Shown here piece after piece: positions 35,801 to 48,774 of a stretch of DNA of 64,000 nucleotides. The first letter of the stretch is position 1. Each line of letters begins with the position of its first letter. A program made the translations under genes and the position numbers. The notes under the pieces were generated by a model. The model saw nothing but the letters and a program-made list of their open reading frames with translations, was not told where the DNA came from and made no database searches. The DNA comes from Oculina patagonica (taxonomy: Eukaryota): the NCBI RefSeq assembly GCF_052425735.1, contig NC_135764.1:3658001-3722000 (forward strand), read 5' to 3'.

Positions 35801-38800
35801 CATGCAACGGACGCCAAGTGCGCGAAACCGTGCAAACACCGTGTCACGACTGGGTTTGGTTTGTTTCTTATTGGCTGAAAAATAGCGAGCTTGCTGTGAT
35901 TAGTTAGCATTGTTGTACAAGTCTTATTAGTTAACCAAGGCGTAGAGCAAAGCTATGGCAGAAATTGCTACCTTTACAGGCGATCGAAAACCATTATCAT
36001 TTTAAAGAATCACTTTGTTTAAATAAGAAAACCATTTATGTGCTTGAGGTCAAACACAGTGCGTTAATCACAGCACGCGTGGAAAAAAGGTGTTTGCGGG
36101 CAAAGAAGCAAAGTTTGGTCCTTGATTTTAAAAACATCGATTGTAAGAAAAGCTCTCTGCCGGATTAAGCATTTCGGAATTGTTTTGATTTAGTAAACTT
36201 GTGGTGACTTTGTGACAAAAAATATTTTCTTCGTATCTCCCTGCAAGATGCCTGTTAAGTCAGCTCTCGATGAACCGGAAAAAGTATTTCAGTTCTTCGT
36301 TTTCCACCATATGCGGAGCAAAACTTTTTCCCGCGAAATTCTACCTGCCAGGTCAGTCTTTAAAAGCTTAAAGCTTTGGGTAAAGCTGGTTCAATAGTCT
36401 AGCAAGCTATTGGAGGAATAACAACGGCAAAACCAGTCAAGTCAAACCCAACATTAGTAGCGCTGTCATCAGTAGCCAATGGGAGCACAGAAATAGTTTG
36501 TCAACTTAATTAACACGATTAACATGGTTTTCAGAATTTATTCATATTTTTTGCCCTCAAACCGGCAATAACAAAAGCAAGAATTAGGTTATAAGGCTAT
36601 TATCTGTAGGGCCGATAGTAAATTAACCCAAAATGAAGTGGGAGTATTATTTTTCCGAGTATCTTTAAAAAGAAAAAAGAAAAAATATATGGTATAAAAT
36701 CTACAAGTATATAACACATCCCAGTGATTTTGTTGATATTTCACCGCAGTTCGCCTTAAGCTGGATACTCCCCCGCAGCAGGTGCTTAGCCACATAACAA
36801 GCAAATAACAGTCGGAACATAAATATTGCTACACCACACACTAGTATCACAGTATCACCCAGACTTAAACGCTTGAAGACTTTCTTCCAGTAAAAATTGG
36901 GCGATTTAGTGAAGGAGACAAATTTTCGAGGTTACTGATCTGTGGGAAGAGCTTGAATTATGGTAAGATATTTTTACGATTTCAGCATCTTGAATAATTT
37001 TCCTTGTTATTTTTTTGCTGTTTATTTATTATCGTGCAGTGTTACACATGTTCAAATCGCCAGTTAAAAAAACGAGATATAAAGTTCACTGGAAAAGAAA
37101 TGATTTTGACCAATTGAGTCAGGATTTTGGGTTATTCGAAAGAAGTGTCTGCTTATTCCAGTTTTTCCGGTATTTAGTACTTAACAAACCATCTAGGTTC
37201 TTTAATGAACCTTGCGTTATTTATAAACGAAAAAAGCATTTCATATAATCAGGTTGTGTCAAACTAAATTGAATAAACTTTCTCTCTTATATAATAGCAA
37301 TATATTAGCAATGTTCGATATTAGCTATTTTCATGCCTGGAATTTTTTTTCCAACGGTGAAGATCGATCGATAGTAACCGTTTTGAGGCACTGTTTACAA
37401 AAAAGAAGAATAAATTGTTATCGATAACGTTATGCTTGGCAAAGTAACGCAATTTGAAACAAGGAAATAATGACTAAAATAGGCTGATCCCCAAGCTGCA
37501 CTTATAGTAGCATCTTGTTTGTAACTTATTGCAAACAGACGAAGGTTTTGGGTGCCGTACGCACGTTCATGCCTTAGCTTTGTACAGTGAAATGATGTCA
37601 AGTCGTTAAGTCAAATTAAACAAAATAGATGCTACAGCTTTCACTGCTTTTAGCATTCAGTATTGGATGATGATCCCGTAAGTTAGTAATATAAATAATC
37701 ACATCTCGAATCAATACGAGAAAATGGAACAGTTTTAAAAATAGTGGATAAGTTTAGATACATTGGTCCTGTAGCGAATGTATGTAGTCTTGATGGTACG
37801 TATAATTATTCTAACTGTAGTTAATTTTATTTTATTAAACAGTATTTGAAAATTTAATATCAATAAAATAGTCTGTGAACAGCTTCACTCACCGATCAGA
37901 TGGGAAGCCTGCTCGCAGGCTACAATAAAAAAATCAAGGGAACACAGTTCAGGGGAAGGCTAAGCGGGACCCCAGGTGGGCTCTACAGTTAGTGGGCTGA
38001 TGAATTAGCGCACTGTAGATTGGGTGCAGTGTTTGCTGTGACTAAACAGTCCATGCAATGTTAGATTTACCAAGAGAAATTTCTCTTGATTAACGGATAC
38101 GGTCTCAGTTCTGGCAGACGAGTTGTTTCTCGTGTAGGGTTTTTGAGAGCTCGCAAATGGCCTAGCTTCTTCTTCGCTCTTTTCACCTCCGCTACCAGAG
38201 AGATGTGTTGTTCTCCAACTATGTGTTATTCACAAAGAAGTACTAATACTCCTAGTCGCTTTATGCTGCGAAAACACAGTCTAAACACAGGTCTCTTGTC
38301 CTGAGCGACTAACTTAGTAAGATACTTGACTACTACCAACAACAAATCTGAAACGACTTTGAACACCTTTAGATACATATTTGGGGTGGACAACACCCGT
38401 CTTAAGTGAAACTGCAAAAATATATTTGAAAATTAAATGCTTCGTTAAAGCTGAGAGTTTTCACAAAAAGTAATTCACGGCACCCATTTTTACTTTCAAG
38501 TCCCAAATTTTACAATTATGCATTTCACTTTTGAAATATTTTATTTAGTAATAGTCATAGTGGAGTTAGATGTTAGGTGTTTTTGATTTGCTGTTTTTGT
38601 TTTTCTAGTGAAAATGAAAAACCAAAAAAAACCATTCTGTTTAAAAATTAAGGACGTGATCCTTTTTGCTCCCATTATTTTTATCCTCGCCACTTATGGA
38701 CGACTTAAACGTTTTTGTTTGGAAATTCGTAGAAGCCTAGAAAGCTTTTAATCACTTAAATCTCATTTGAATAATCTCATCTGTCGCCACAAAATGTTTT

Positions 38801-41800
38801 CTAATCAATCTTCACAACTCTTTGCACGCTATGAATGGTCTTACAGCAAAACGTTATAAACTTCTGATTGTCGTTCAGAGGAGCGTCCGTACTGCGTTAT
38901 TTACGGTCTTATTTGCCTTCAAATTTTTTCCATTTAATTGTCACCTCTCTTAAACCTTACGTCAAACCTCCATTCACCCAATTAGCTTTATTAGAATATT
39001 CTACACTCTTAACGCTATTAAGTGCATCACTCCGCATTAATTATTCACGTGTTTAACACGTGATCTTGTTCTCTTACGCCTTTACATTTCTCTGTGCGAT
39101 TCAGCTCCTTAATTAAAGTTTGCTCGCATTGGTTTTACTCAACATTTCCCTCAGTCTTTCTCTACCAACCACTAATTCTCGAATCTATCTCTTTCTTTCT
39201 CTCTCTCTGTCATGGTGTAAAAGGTGATATGACAGTTATTTCCTGGCTTGGGTAATAAGAGATTTTATCACTGTTGTGGTCATAAGTAGAAGAAACATCA
39301 CTCGCAAATATGATGTCAAAATGGAAGCAAATTTCATCTCTTGTTCGCTCGAAAGGGTTGGTTCCCTTCTCGGTGAGTATGAGCACACCTCATTCCTCTC
39401 AAATATGCATAAGCAGATCATACACTTTGTCGTTTGCTTCATTATTTGGGCGTTTTTTGTGTGCATTTTTCGTCACAATTGTCCATTTCCCACTCAGAAT
39501 CTTTGTTCATCAGATTCAGAATCGGTTATTGGTAAAACAAAATTTCGCAGGCAAAATCTTGCAGTTTTTACCTTTTTTAGCTGACGTTAATTATGTATTT
39601 TCATCTATTGAGCTAATTAAGACAGTTATTATTAATTGCTGGAGACTACCACCTGTTAATTATCAACTGCGAAGAAAAGCAAGAGACGACAACAGGGAAA
39701 AAATAGAAACTGTTGAGTTATTTACATAACAATTAACACGCTTACTAGATAACAAATTCCTTTCAAAGAAAAAGCCTCCAAGCTTCTCTGTATTCTTTAC
39801 TGATCAAAGGCACGAACAGGCTTTCACTTTGCTAAATGGCGCGAGAATGTCTTCAAATAGTAAGCATACAGAATTATTTGCTTTGTTTGTTTATCAAGTT
39901 CCTTCCATGCATCGTTTGTTTATTCACTTGTTCATTCGTTGACTCTTTTATTTAACAATTCTAAATTCCAATTCGATCGAGAATCCGAGGGCCACAGGTT
40001 TGTCAGTTGCGACCCTTGTTAAACAAAGTCGATTTATTTATTTATTTTTATTCGTTAACTTAATTTTCGTTCATTTACTCCACTCGTTTTCAAATTTAAT
40101 AGTGTCATATTTTATACTGTTTTTCATTTCATTTATTATTCAGTCTTTTGTTTGTTCCCTCGGTCTCTCGGTCGCTCGCTCAATCCACTCGGTTAAACCT
40201 TTATCTTTTTTCATTCCGAGGTCTTTCTTCGACTTCCTTGTTTTTTTTTTTCAAAATATCTTCTTGCACTAGCAAGAAATATCTGTGTTCATTTCATCTC
40301 TTCCTGACTTTATATTCGGGCCTTTAAGTGTTTTTCTGCAACTTGGAATCATTTTAGCTCATTTAATTCCGGCTACCCAGTGCCTTGAGTTTCCGATTGG
40401 AAACGCGGTTGGTCTGAACCAAAAGGTCCTGGAACGAGGGTCGATAAACTTAGAGAAAGGAAAAAAATATTTAATTTTCTTTCAATTTTTTAAAAATGTT
40501 ATTCGTTACTGCTGTCTTCCTTTTCCGTTACAATTTCATCTTACACTAGCAGTTTAGGACCACCGCTACTTTTTGAAAAACTGTTTTCTTTGTTTGCCTC
40601 GACTTACGTCACTAGCTTAATTTTAAATTGCTTTTCGATGATTTTAGGAAAAAGGACAACTTTTTAGTTTTGAAAGCATATAAGATTGATTTTCCCTTTT
40701 TATGTCAGAGACTAAAGCCCGCAGTTTATCACAAAAAGTCTCGGTTTGCGGGCGTCTGTTTTGACTGCTAGGCTTTTTACTCTTTCAGTTATTCTAACAA
40801 AACAAAGCTTCAGATCTGCAATTGTCATTTCCAGAGTTTAATTAAGTGTTTACGGAAAGAAATGGGATACGGTGTCTTGAGAAAAAGGGATGTTTTTTGC
40901 ACCTGTGTAGCCAACCACTATTCTAATGAATTTTTCTAAGCAAGTGCCTTGAATATATTAGTTAATTTTTATCCAAAACAAATGCCTGACATATATTGTT
41001 TTTTTTTTATGCTCAATAAATTGCCCAGTTTTCACGGCTCAGATCTAATGTAAAATTTAAGTGCCATCGGGAAAAAAATCGAAATGGAGATTTTTAAGTC
41101 ATTAAAGCTTCCTCAATTAAAATGCATGATTGACTTAAAAGAGGGATTTTATAATTACTTCACACGTAGGAGATATAGAAAGGGGGTAAAGAAAATTCGT
41201 TTTTCAAAGCCATGTCATTTAGAGAACGGAAGATATCAGTCGTGTTATGAAATGTCCTACCGAGTAAGTATTATACATAGCTCGAGTGAAAAATCAGTCT
41301 TCAATTCTTTTAAGTGTAAATAAACTATTATTCTACCAGCGATGTGAAGCCCGGAAATCCACAGACATTATTTCCATATTGAATATGTTTTTTTAAGCGA
41401 AAGCTTTCAAATGTACATTGAATTATCGATCATCTTTCATTTCGGCGATTTTCATTCAAACGTACGCGGGCATTCGTTCAGAATCAAATTTACTTTGAGG
41501 CGTTGAGTAGTTTCGCTGGCGTTCTTGTGGGGAATGTTTAGATTTTCATTTATTCAGTAATGAATGTTTAGATTTCAAGTTGCAATTTTTTATGCAAACG
41601 TTTAGTGATCATTTGTGGAATAGTTGAGGAACAACCGTCAGCCCTATGATGTAATGAATCGCGAACGAATCCGTGGAGTTCGGCTTGTAAAGTAGAACGC
41701 TAATATGTTTATGGTATGGCCTTCGTAAACGCGTTATACCTGATATTTGACCGGGAAATAAGCGAGTTGTCGTATAAAACAGTATTCTTATGTTAACGTT

Positions 41801-42744
41801 TATTTTATTTTTTTTAGCTGCCGTCAAGTTACACTTTTACCCCAAACAAAGAAGAAGTTATCGGTTCCAGGTAGGTGGCTCGAAGGCAATTGTCGCTTTT
41901 TTTGTTTCCTTTTTTTGAACTGTAGACAGGGAAAAAGCACGAAATCCGAAACGCTCGCGAAATCCTTGAAATGCAAATCGCAGAGTACAAAGACGGCGGT
42001 ATAAAAACCATGCTTTCATTTAAAAGGCTTGAATTGACTCTAATCATGTTGTTCCTTTGTATCCTTGAAAATGTTTATCGTTAAAACCAAGTAGCTAACT
42101 AATTTTTTCCTTTGCATAAAAATATTTATTGTACAAATGTATTGGAACTTTAAAAACTCCCTCAAGCCGACGTCTAGCATGAAGGGTTCTAGCACACTAA
42201 ACAAGCCATTAGAGGAAAAACTGACATAGGACTTTTACTAAAAGCCAATGGTTTCCAAATACATTCAATGTTTAAGAGTGGTCAGAGTAATGATTTAAAA
42301 GGGAGAAAGCTTTATTACTTCCGTAAGAAACTGATAAACAGCCCCGAGGCAACCTAAAAAAATAATCGAGATAAAATTACTTTCCGCCAGACGTAAATCA
42401 ATCATATTTTCAAAATTAGTAGTCTAGAACCTCAGCGCAAAGTGCAATGGCGAAACGTATAAGCAAATTGAAAATCCAGCCACTTCGAGGCCACTGTATA
42501 TGGAAGGGCTCGTGTAATACTGAATAAAATCGAGTTTCTCGATTCGTTTTCTTGATACTCCAAAATTCAAATTTTGATTCCTGGTTTCTATGGGAACTGC
42601 TTGTTTGAAATGCATTGATAGAATTTTGATTGTATGTAATAAAGTCAAATACGTACAATTTGACAGAGAAAAGCTCAGACATGGAGCTGTTATTTCAAAA
42701 TAGAGTGAGGATTGTTAGAGTTTAGCGTGATTCAAACTTGGGAA

Positions 42745-42804
42745 CATTCTCGTCCCCAGAGGCCGCGACAGACCAGAAGGATCGCGGCCTCTGGGACGAG
42801 AATG
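42745..42804. mobile_element. 60-bp hairpin element with perfect 9-bp TSD
   Basis: cattctcgtccccagaggccgcga...tcgcggcctctgggacgagaatg flanked by acttgggaa on both sides. Confidence 0.85.
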
Positions 42805-43163
42805 ACTTGGGAATGAAACACCAATATAAAGCAAGGTACGCATGCGCAGGGTATCAGTAATAAATTACGAACAATCCACGTAGGCAAATATGGTAGACTA
42901 TTAAATACAAGGAGAAAATGTTTTTTATCTGGGCAAATAAAATGTTAACCTGAAAAATAACAGATGTTTCTGTTTGGCGCCATACCTTATACGTCACTTC
43001 CAAGAGAAACATTTTATTTTCGAGTCGAAAAACGCCATATTGATATCAGGAGCCCATTACTACTAATGGGCTCCTGTTGATATTTAGCATCACGGAAATA
43101 TCAGAGAAACTACATGAACCATTGTGTGTTATGTATTGCAAAACCATTCCATTCTATGCTTTG

Positions 43164-43498
43164 TTAGAGCAGTTTTCAATTGAGTGTCGTAAAACCAAAA
43201 CCAAAGTAATTACTCCGGCCAATCACAGAGGACACAGACAATCCAAATCAAAACTCCAAGCAAATACATGTAACTGGCACGAAGCGCGGGAAAACGTGCA
43301 CGAGCGAGTCACGATTGGTTTTGGTTTTAGTTCTGATTCGCCGAGAAAGTGGCGCGAGATTTTTAAGCCAATCACTAAGCGTAGTAATGCAAAACCAAAG
43401 CAAACACAATTAACTTTCGACACTCAAGTGAAAACCGCTCTAATGCAAAACCAAAGCAAACGCAATTTACTTTCGACACTCAAGTGAAAACCGCTCTA
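43164..43498. mobile_element. MITE (TAGAGC...GCTCTA) with a tandemly duplicated right end; related fragments at ~2140-2400, ~35690-35900, ~61215-61430
   Basis: TIR tagagcagttttcaattgagtgtcg / cgacactcaagtgaaaaccgctcta, the right end present twice; shared core ccaatca...gccaagcgcgggaaaac. Confidence 0.8.
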
Positions 43499-43533
43499 AG
43501 GATATAAGAAATTGCCACTTTTATTTATTTATT

Positions 43534-43720
43534 CCATGTCACGCCCGATACCATGCGAAGCCATGCATTGCCATGCCAACCATTACAACCATAGTAACCA
43601 CGCCATGCCGTAACAAACCATGCCATACTATGCCATGCATATTGCATCGCAAGCCATTCCATGTGAGGCAAGGCTATGCCATTCTATGCCAACCATATCA
43701 AGCCATGTCAAGTCATGCCA
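43534..43720. repeat. Degenerate (CCATG/CCATA)n pentanucleotide repeat
   Basis: Recurrent ccatg/gccat units at ~5-bp period. Confidence 0.7.
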
Positions 43721-43771
43721 AACTAAACGATTCGTGGCAAGCACTAATCTTTGGTATTTATTTTCCCCCAG

Positions 43772-46700
43772 ATTCCGGTTGCGTTACAGTACCACGTGTA
43801 ACAGTTACTATAGAGACTGGTCTGACGCCATAGACCCATCCGCACAGGGGGTCATCTCAAGATGGGACAAAGTCCTTTACTCTGTGGACTCCGTACACCG
43901 TCATATAAATGAAGAAGTCGGGCAGGTCGGTCCTTATTCACAGTTTATTCTTAAATATGTTTCAGTGACAAACTGGGTACTTTATACACCATATTCCAAA
44001 ATGGCAGAAAATACATTATTCTTTTGTCTACATGTTAATTGACCTAATAATTATGGCCCCGTTTTAAGCCAAAGATTCTTTTGAATTCTGCAGATGGGAT
44101 CGAGGCCAGAGGGTCAGTTAACATGAAGACAAAAGAATAATGTATTTTCCGCCATTTTGGAAAAAGGTATATGTTTCTACGGTACCCGAGTTTCTATTTC
44201 TGTGAAAAAACGAACGTCCATACTCTGTAATCTCCAGGTAGCCAATGAACATAAATGGCCAGTTCCCTCTATTTCACGCAGCTGCAGGGAATCAAGGTAG
44301 TCTCGGGCTCGTTTTGTTGTATACTACTATGATTCCCTGCAGCTAGGCGCGTCTCAATGAGGGGACCGCACATGCTGTTGTTCGCTCCGGCTTTAATCGA
44401 CAAAGAAGTTTAGAATACCGAATAACGTTAACCAACAGCCGTCGATATTTGTTTCCTCAGTTTCATTGGCATGCCTGTAAACTAGCCATCTCGAATGAGA
44501 TATGAAGCCTATGCATGACCACTGTTAACAAAATTTACACTTTATTTTTACATTTACATTCAGGTCTATCTAGAGAGAACACCAGGCTCCAATACAGGTT
44601 GCATCAAATGGCGGATCAATTTTGGCTGCTGTGGATTGCTGGTTGACGAGGTCACTATTCGCCTGTCATGCGTGGAAGAATATGGGGGAGAGGTGGTCGT
44701 AACACTAATGGGGACACCGGGAGAAAAACGAGTGAGGTACCCTATAGGTAAGAATCCCAACACTAATACACCAACTGAATCTTAGGGCACCTTCCATTTG
44801 TCAGAACTGGCCGGCCAGACCGGTATATTCGAGAAAAGAATTCCGTTGTTAGTCAGATTTGTCCTGTCAAATCAGTCAATACATAAATATCATAGACTGT
44901 TATTATGGAAAAATCTCGTGAAAAACAACCATTTCACATTAAAAATCACCGGAAAGGCCGGCCAGTTCTAACAAATGGAAAGTGCCAATAGTTGCTTAGA
45001 AAGCTGACTGATTACAATTTAATTCAAGGATTTGCAAGAGAAGAGATCAAAGCAAATTTCAAAGCCCTTTAAATTATCTTTTTTTCAGGAAGTGACTACG
45101 TCACATACAACGAGCTGGAGAATTCAACTGAGTTGACATTAACCGTTCATTTCGTTGGAGAGACTGGCCAGGTTACTCGGCTCTTTCCACAGAGTATATT
45201 GAGGGGCATGGGATATCCGCTTGACATTCAGGTTATACTGAAGGTAGGTGCTGGCCAGGTTACTCAGCTGAGGCGGATTTTGGCATGGTTACTCAATGAT
45301 GTTTTGATAAAGGCCATCATCACTATCTTTTTTATCACCATCACCGTTATTATCATCCGCCATTATGCTAACGTGGGCGCATGATCAGTCTATAAATCGA
45401 AATTTGCTTTAGATGAAGATAGCTATTTATAAATGGAATTTCTTTCTTATTTATAAATCAAGGAAAAAAGCAACGCTGATTTAACATTAAAGGAATATTA
45501 TGTCAATGCTAATATTTCGAAACGCACTGCCTTCTTCTTCAGGGTCTTATAAATAACGACTCTGGGTATTATTTAGTTGGATGTTGTTAGGGTTTTATCC
45601 TAATGACCATTTCTTGCCTTTCTTATATGTATCACTCATTTTTTCCCTAGCCGCCGCTTCAGTCTTTAGGCAGGCCAAGGATGCTTGTGGGGCTACTTTA
45701 CAGCAGTTCGCAAGAGATTGAAGTGGATGGAAGACATTACAAGCAAAACACTACAAATACAGGCCAAGGATTTCTTCATGTTCACCTTCTCAGGGCAATG
45801 GATTTACCAGGAGGAAAACATGGTTTACCAGAGACTTTCTCTAAGTGGTAAGAAAGTCATTTAGCTCGCGCGTAGATTTTGGCTTGCTGCGTCATTTATG
45901 TTGACGAGGTTTTATAAACTTCAGAGTCAACGTTTTGGGGTGAATATCAGCATATGAGTTATTCTAATAGACCTTTTTCACTTGGGCGTTTTGTTGCCCC
46001 ATTACAGACCATGTGATGATACTCTTGAGAATTCTTGCTTTCAAATTTTCAAATAGTCGCGTGTACATGAATGAATAAATTTTATGTGGATAAAAGGAAA
46101 ATTCTCTAGAGAACATCACGTGGTCTGTAATGGGAAAACAAACCGCCCAAGCGAAAAAGGTCTATAATTGATCTCCATACTTATTGTGTAGAGCTAATTA
46201 GCATTGGGAGAAACAGGAGTGATGGGCTACTGCGAAAAGTTAGTCCTGCAGTTCAGTGAATGAATGAATGAATAAATAAATGAACTTTATTTAAGTGTTA
46301 TAGTTTTTAGCTGTTAGGCTAACTGGGAACACTAAAATAATTTTAAAATTATAGGTTTGCTTGTGACGCAAGTCCCGAGTCACGCTCTTAGTGTGAGGGG
46401 TCTCAGGTGTTACTTGTGCCTAGTATGCTTTCCAGGATGGGGTGGGGGGGGGGGGGGGTGGGTACTTAACAACGTTTTATACGGGGAGGCTCCACTTTGA
46501 GTTTCAAACATTAACCCTTTTATATACCATTTTTGGCAGAAAAGTACCTTCTACTGAAAATGGTACCCCTTACGGGCGAAGCCTATACAACAATAAGAGA
46601 TAACTTTTACAAAAAATACAGCCTATCATCTTAAATGTCAGCCGGCTACCAGTGCCTGACTTGATTTTAGAATTAATGAATTCTTCCGATTATTTTGTGA

Positions 46701-48741
46701 CCATGCAATTGATTAAATTTATATCATCTTGTTTTGATTTACGTAACAAAATACTATCAATGTAATTAATTTTATATGTAATCATTTTGTTTTGTTTTTT
46801 ACTATGTTATTATTTTATTATTTTTATTATTATTATTACTTAATAAGTTTACGCTTTTGCAATATTGTAACAAATTTACAGTCATGCAAATAAAGCTTGT
46901 TGTTGTTGTTGTTGTCCATATAGGGAGTACCACCCAGGTCTACTCTTCATACCATTCAAAACAGTAATAGAAAAACTAAAAACAATGAAAAGCAAAATAA
47001 TAAACCCATTTTCATCTTTCATTTTTTTCCCAGTTATCTTTTACCTGATGCTAAGAAGTCAACCAAGTGTAGAACAAAGTCAAGAAAGGGCAAAGACCCA
47101 TTGTGGAACGAGGAATTTCTAATAGTTGGCGTTAATTTTCACGATGTGAAACGTAGAGCTCTGGAAATCTGCATTGCCGACAGCCATACGTCAGTCGGAA
47201 AGAAGGCGAAGTTCCTCGGAGGTCTTCGGCTTAGTCTCGGTTATAAAGCAGTCGTAGCTGCGCAAACCAAACAAGTCAGTAACGTGCTTCGGCTTCTTAA
47301 AGGAAAGGGAGGGGTGAGTGGGGGAAGGAACATTGAAACAGAGGGGACGAGAGAGAGGAAGGTGTCTTTCAGTGACAAAGACACTGTGATAGCAAATGTG
47401 AATTCGAGCTTCGGTAAATGGAAGAGAGCGAGTGGAAAATCTGTGGCAAAGGATAATACGGACAGCGACACCAAAGCTGAGATTGACGCAGGAACCGCAG
47501 GTGCACAGGCAAATAACAATACAGGAAATGTGAAAATCACTGTCGATGTAACAAAGCCGGAAATTGTTGAGAATGAACAGCAGAGTGCTTCTTCGACTAG
47601 CACTGAGGACATGTCAGCGGCCTGTGACTCAGCCCCAGATCCCACTGCGAATTCAGAGCAGGAATTGGGTACAAGCCCCGATAAAGACAACGCGGACAAG
47701 CGTTCACCCGAAGAGCGACTATTTCATTCAGTGCTGACCTCAATAAAGCAACTGGAAATCGCAACTCGTTACAGCGTGACGCTTGAGAGCAGCGAAGATA
47801 AAGAACTCGAACTCTTTAAAGAACATGAGAAAGAAGACGATCGTAGAGAAGTTACCAATGGTCCTGACAATGAAGATGCAAAGAGAGACGAGAAACAAGA
47901 ATCCGGTGAAAATTCCCCTCGTAATATTGTAAACGACGCAAAGCAAGAAGAAAATGGTTTCAAGGAGACTGAAACTCCGCGGAAAGGTGATCTAACCGAA
48001 GACAAATTCGTATTACATGACAACAACAACAAAGTAAACGAGATCAACGAAAAGCATTCTCAAAATGAAGATGACCTAGAGAAGCATGGCGTAAAGGAGG
48101 TTGAAATTCAAATAAATGGCAATCTAACCGATGAGCGAATCATATTAAATGACATAAAGGGAACCGAAGTGATCTCAAATGTCGAGGTACACGAAAATCC
48201 GCCGGATTCTTCCGAAAATTGCCGAACGGAACACGACAAAAACACAGACAAGCAAAATGGCGACGAAACTTGCACCAAAGTTGAGGAGGCTATTGAGGAA
48301 GAGAAGTCAACAAAGAAAGAAATCTCGCTGCAGCTGAGTTCTGCTGTGACAGAGACGCGTGGATCAGTGAAAATGGTTGAAGGAAAGATTCGTAGTGTTT
48401 CTGCCCCTCCCCGTCAAGAAATTAAAGTGGACCGTCTACAAATCGAGCATAACAAAGTTCACGGGGCATCGGAGAAGACATCTACTGACTCAAATGAAAT
48501 GAAGCGCAGCCCGTCATTCACTTTTAAAGACTTAGGGAAGAAACTAAACTTTCGAGGAAGAAGCAAATCAGAAAGCGACAAGACTGGGTCGGAGGCTGCA
48601 GGCTTAGCGACAAATGCAAACAAGGTGATGTTAGACGCTGAAGGGCTTGAAATAACACAATGGACACTTGTGGTTGATCGGCCAAAACAATGGCATTACT
48701 GCTGGCACATACTGAGACCTGAAATGACCATCTTACACTAG
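43772..48741 (+). CDS. PAW-domain + synaptotagmin-like C2-domain protein (~806 aa); exons 43772-43925, 44564-44747, 45089-45243, 45651-45847, 47034-48741; first coding exon uncertain (33461-33483 or 42813-42835)
   Basis: Five phase-compatible AG/GT exons with no stops. The first three read FRLRYS...WDKVLYSVDSVHRH...VYLERTPGSNTGCIKWRINFGCCGLLVDEVTIRL...TELTLTV...TRLFPQS...LDIQVILK, colinear with the NGLY1 PAW domain. The last two read GFLHVHLLRAMDLP...FSKCYLLPDAKKSTKCRTK...DPLWNEEF...RALEICIAD...FLGGLRLSLG, i.e. an Slp-type C2B domain. Confidence 0.85.
43984..44172. mobile_element. MITE with terminal inverted repeats
   Basis: ccatattccaaaatggcagaaaatacattattctttt ... aaaagaataatgtattttccgccattttggaa. 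Confidence 0.75.
44785..44987. mobile_element. Harbinger-like MITE
   Basis: ggcaccttccatttgtcagaactggccggcc ... ggccggccagttctaacaaatggaaagtgcc. Confidence 0.75.
45967..46165. mobile_element. MITE with ~50-bp terminal inverted repeats
   Basis: atagacctttttcacttgggcg...cccattacagacca / tggtctgtaatggg...cgcccaagcgaaaaaggtctat. Confidence 0.8.
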
Positions 48742-48774
48742 ACAATAAATAAACTATGAATTGATATATAGAAT

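Noticed and set aside
39236-40557. ORFs of 76-139 aa in the gene-free tract
   Set aside because: Low-complexity F/L/I/S-rich translations typical of AT-rich non-coding DNA, with no consistent exon structure.
45164-45269. 19-nt exon sequence (ctggccaggttactc.gct) repeated just inside the following intron
   Set aside because: Too short to interpret; probably a local micro-duplication.
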